From: Anolis carolinensis
Lineage: Eukaryota
Assembly (NCBI RefSeq): GCF_035594765.1
Contig: NW_026943825.1
Location: forward strand, 62,001 to 126,000
Direction of reading: 5' to 3'
DNA length: 64,000 nucleotides
Made by a program: the position numbers and the translations under genes. The notes under the pieces were generated by a model. It ran no database searches and was not told the DNA's origin. It saw only the letters and a program-made list of their open reading frames with translations. Of this stretch, positions 63,454-64,000 are shown piece after piece. Each line of letters opens with the position of its first letter. The first letter of the stretch is position 1.

Positions 63454-63885
63454 TTTAGCAACGGGAAGGAAGTGCGCTGTGCAAAGGCACCTTGTGCTGT
63501 TCCCCAAAAGCAAACAGGCCTGGACTTTGCCTTCGAACTGCAAGAGCTGCCCATCAGGGCTGGGTGGCCATCTGTCGGGAAGGCTTGGGCTGTGCCTTCC
63601 TGGGCAGCAGCACGGAGTCGGTCTGGATGACCTTTGGGGTCCCTCCCAACTCTAGGATTCCGTCATCGTCCTCTTTGATAATAATAATATTATTTTAATA
63701 ATATTCTATTATTAATATTATTATATTCTAACAATATTATAATTATAATAATGGGCTTGGATGCTGTCACTCTTAATTGCAGAAAGGGGTCGTTCCGAAT
63801 GGCCTTTGGGGTCCCCTCCAACCCTAAGATCCTATCATCACCAAATTTGATAATAAAAATGTTTTAAGAATATTATATTCTAATA

Positions 63886-63934
<49 letters not shown>

Positions 63935-64000
63935 GGCTTGAATGGTGTCATTCTGAATTGCAGAAAGGGGGTCGTTCTGGATGGCCTTTGGGGTCCCCTC

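Noticed and set aside
62370-64000. Search for ACTR2-like exon 1 (VVCDNGTG)
   Set aside because: No matching sequence seen; presumed to lie beyond the window.

Overview
GC-rich, repeat-dense vertebrate DNA. The repeat families and intron style suggest a squamate, probably an anole lizard (inferred, not proven). I reconstructed seven intron-containing genes by hand from splice sites and protein motifs: AP5B1 (+), RNASEH2C (+), KAT5/Tip60 (-), RELA/p65 (+), C11orf68 (-), DRAP1 (+, start codon in an N gap) and an ACTR2/Arp2-like gene (-, exon 1 beyond the window). The first six are human 11q13 neighbours. The Arp2-like gene is the odd one out and appears to be a diverged second paralogue. Introns and intergenic DNA carry Penelope ends with minimal hammerhead-ribozyme cores, TAA-targeting R4/Dong LINE ends in tandem arrays, Helitrons, mariner- and hAT-type MITEs, tRNA-derived SINEs, CR1 ends and minisatellites. 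Other points: a ~550-bp KAT5/RELA head-to-head promoter, a read-through KAT5 intron 1, RELA substitutions at known modification sites, and a U12-type intron in DRAP1. All comparisons with human or other proteins are from memory; no searches were run.
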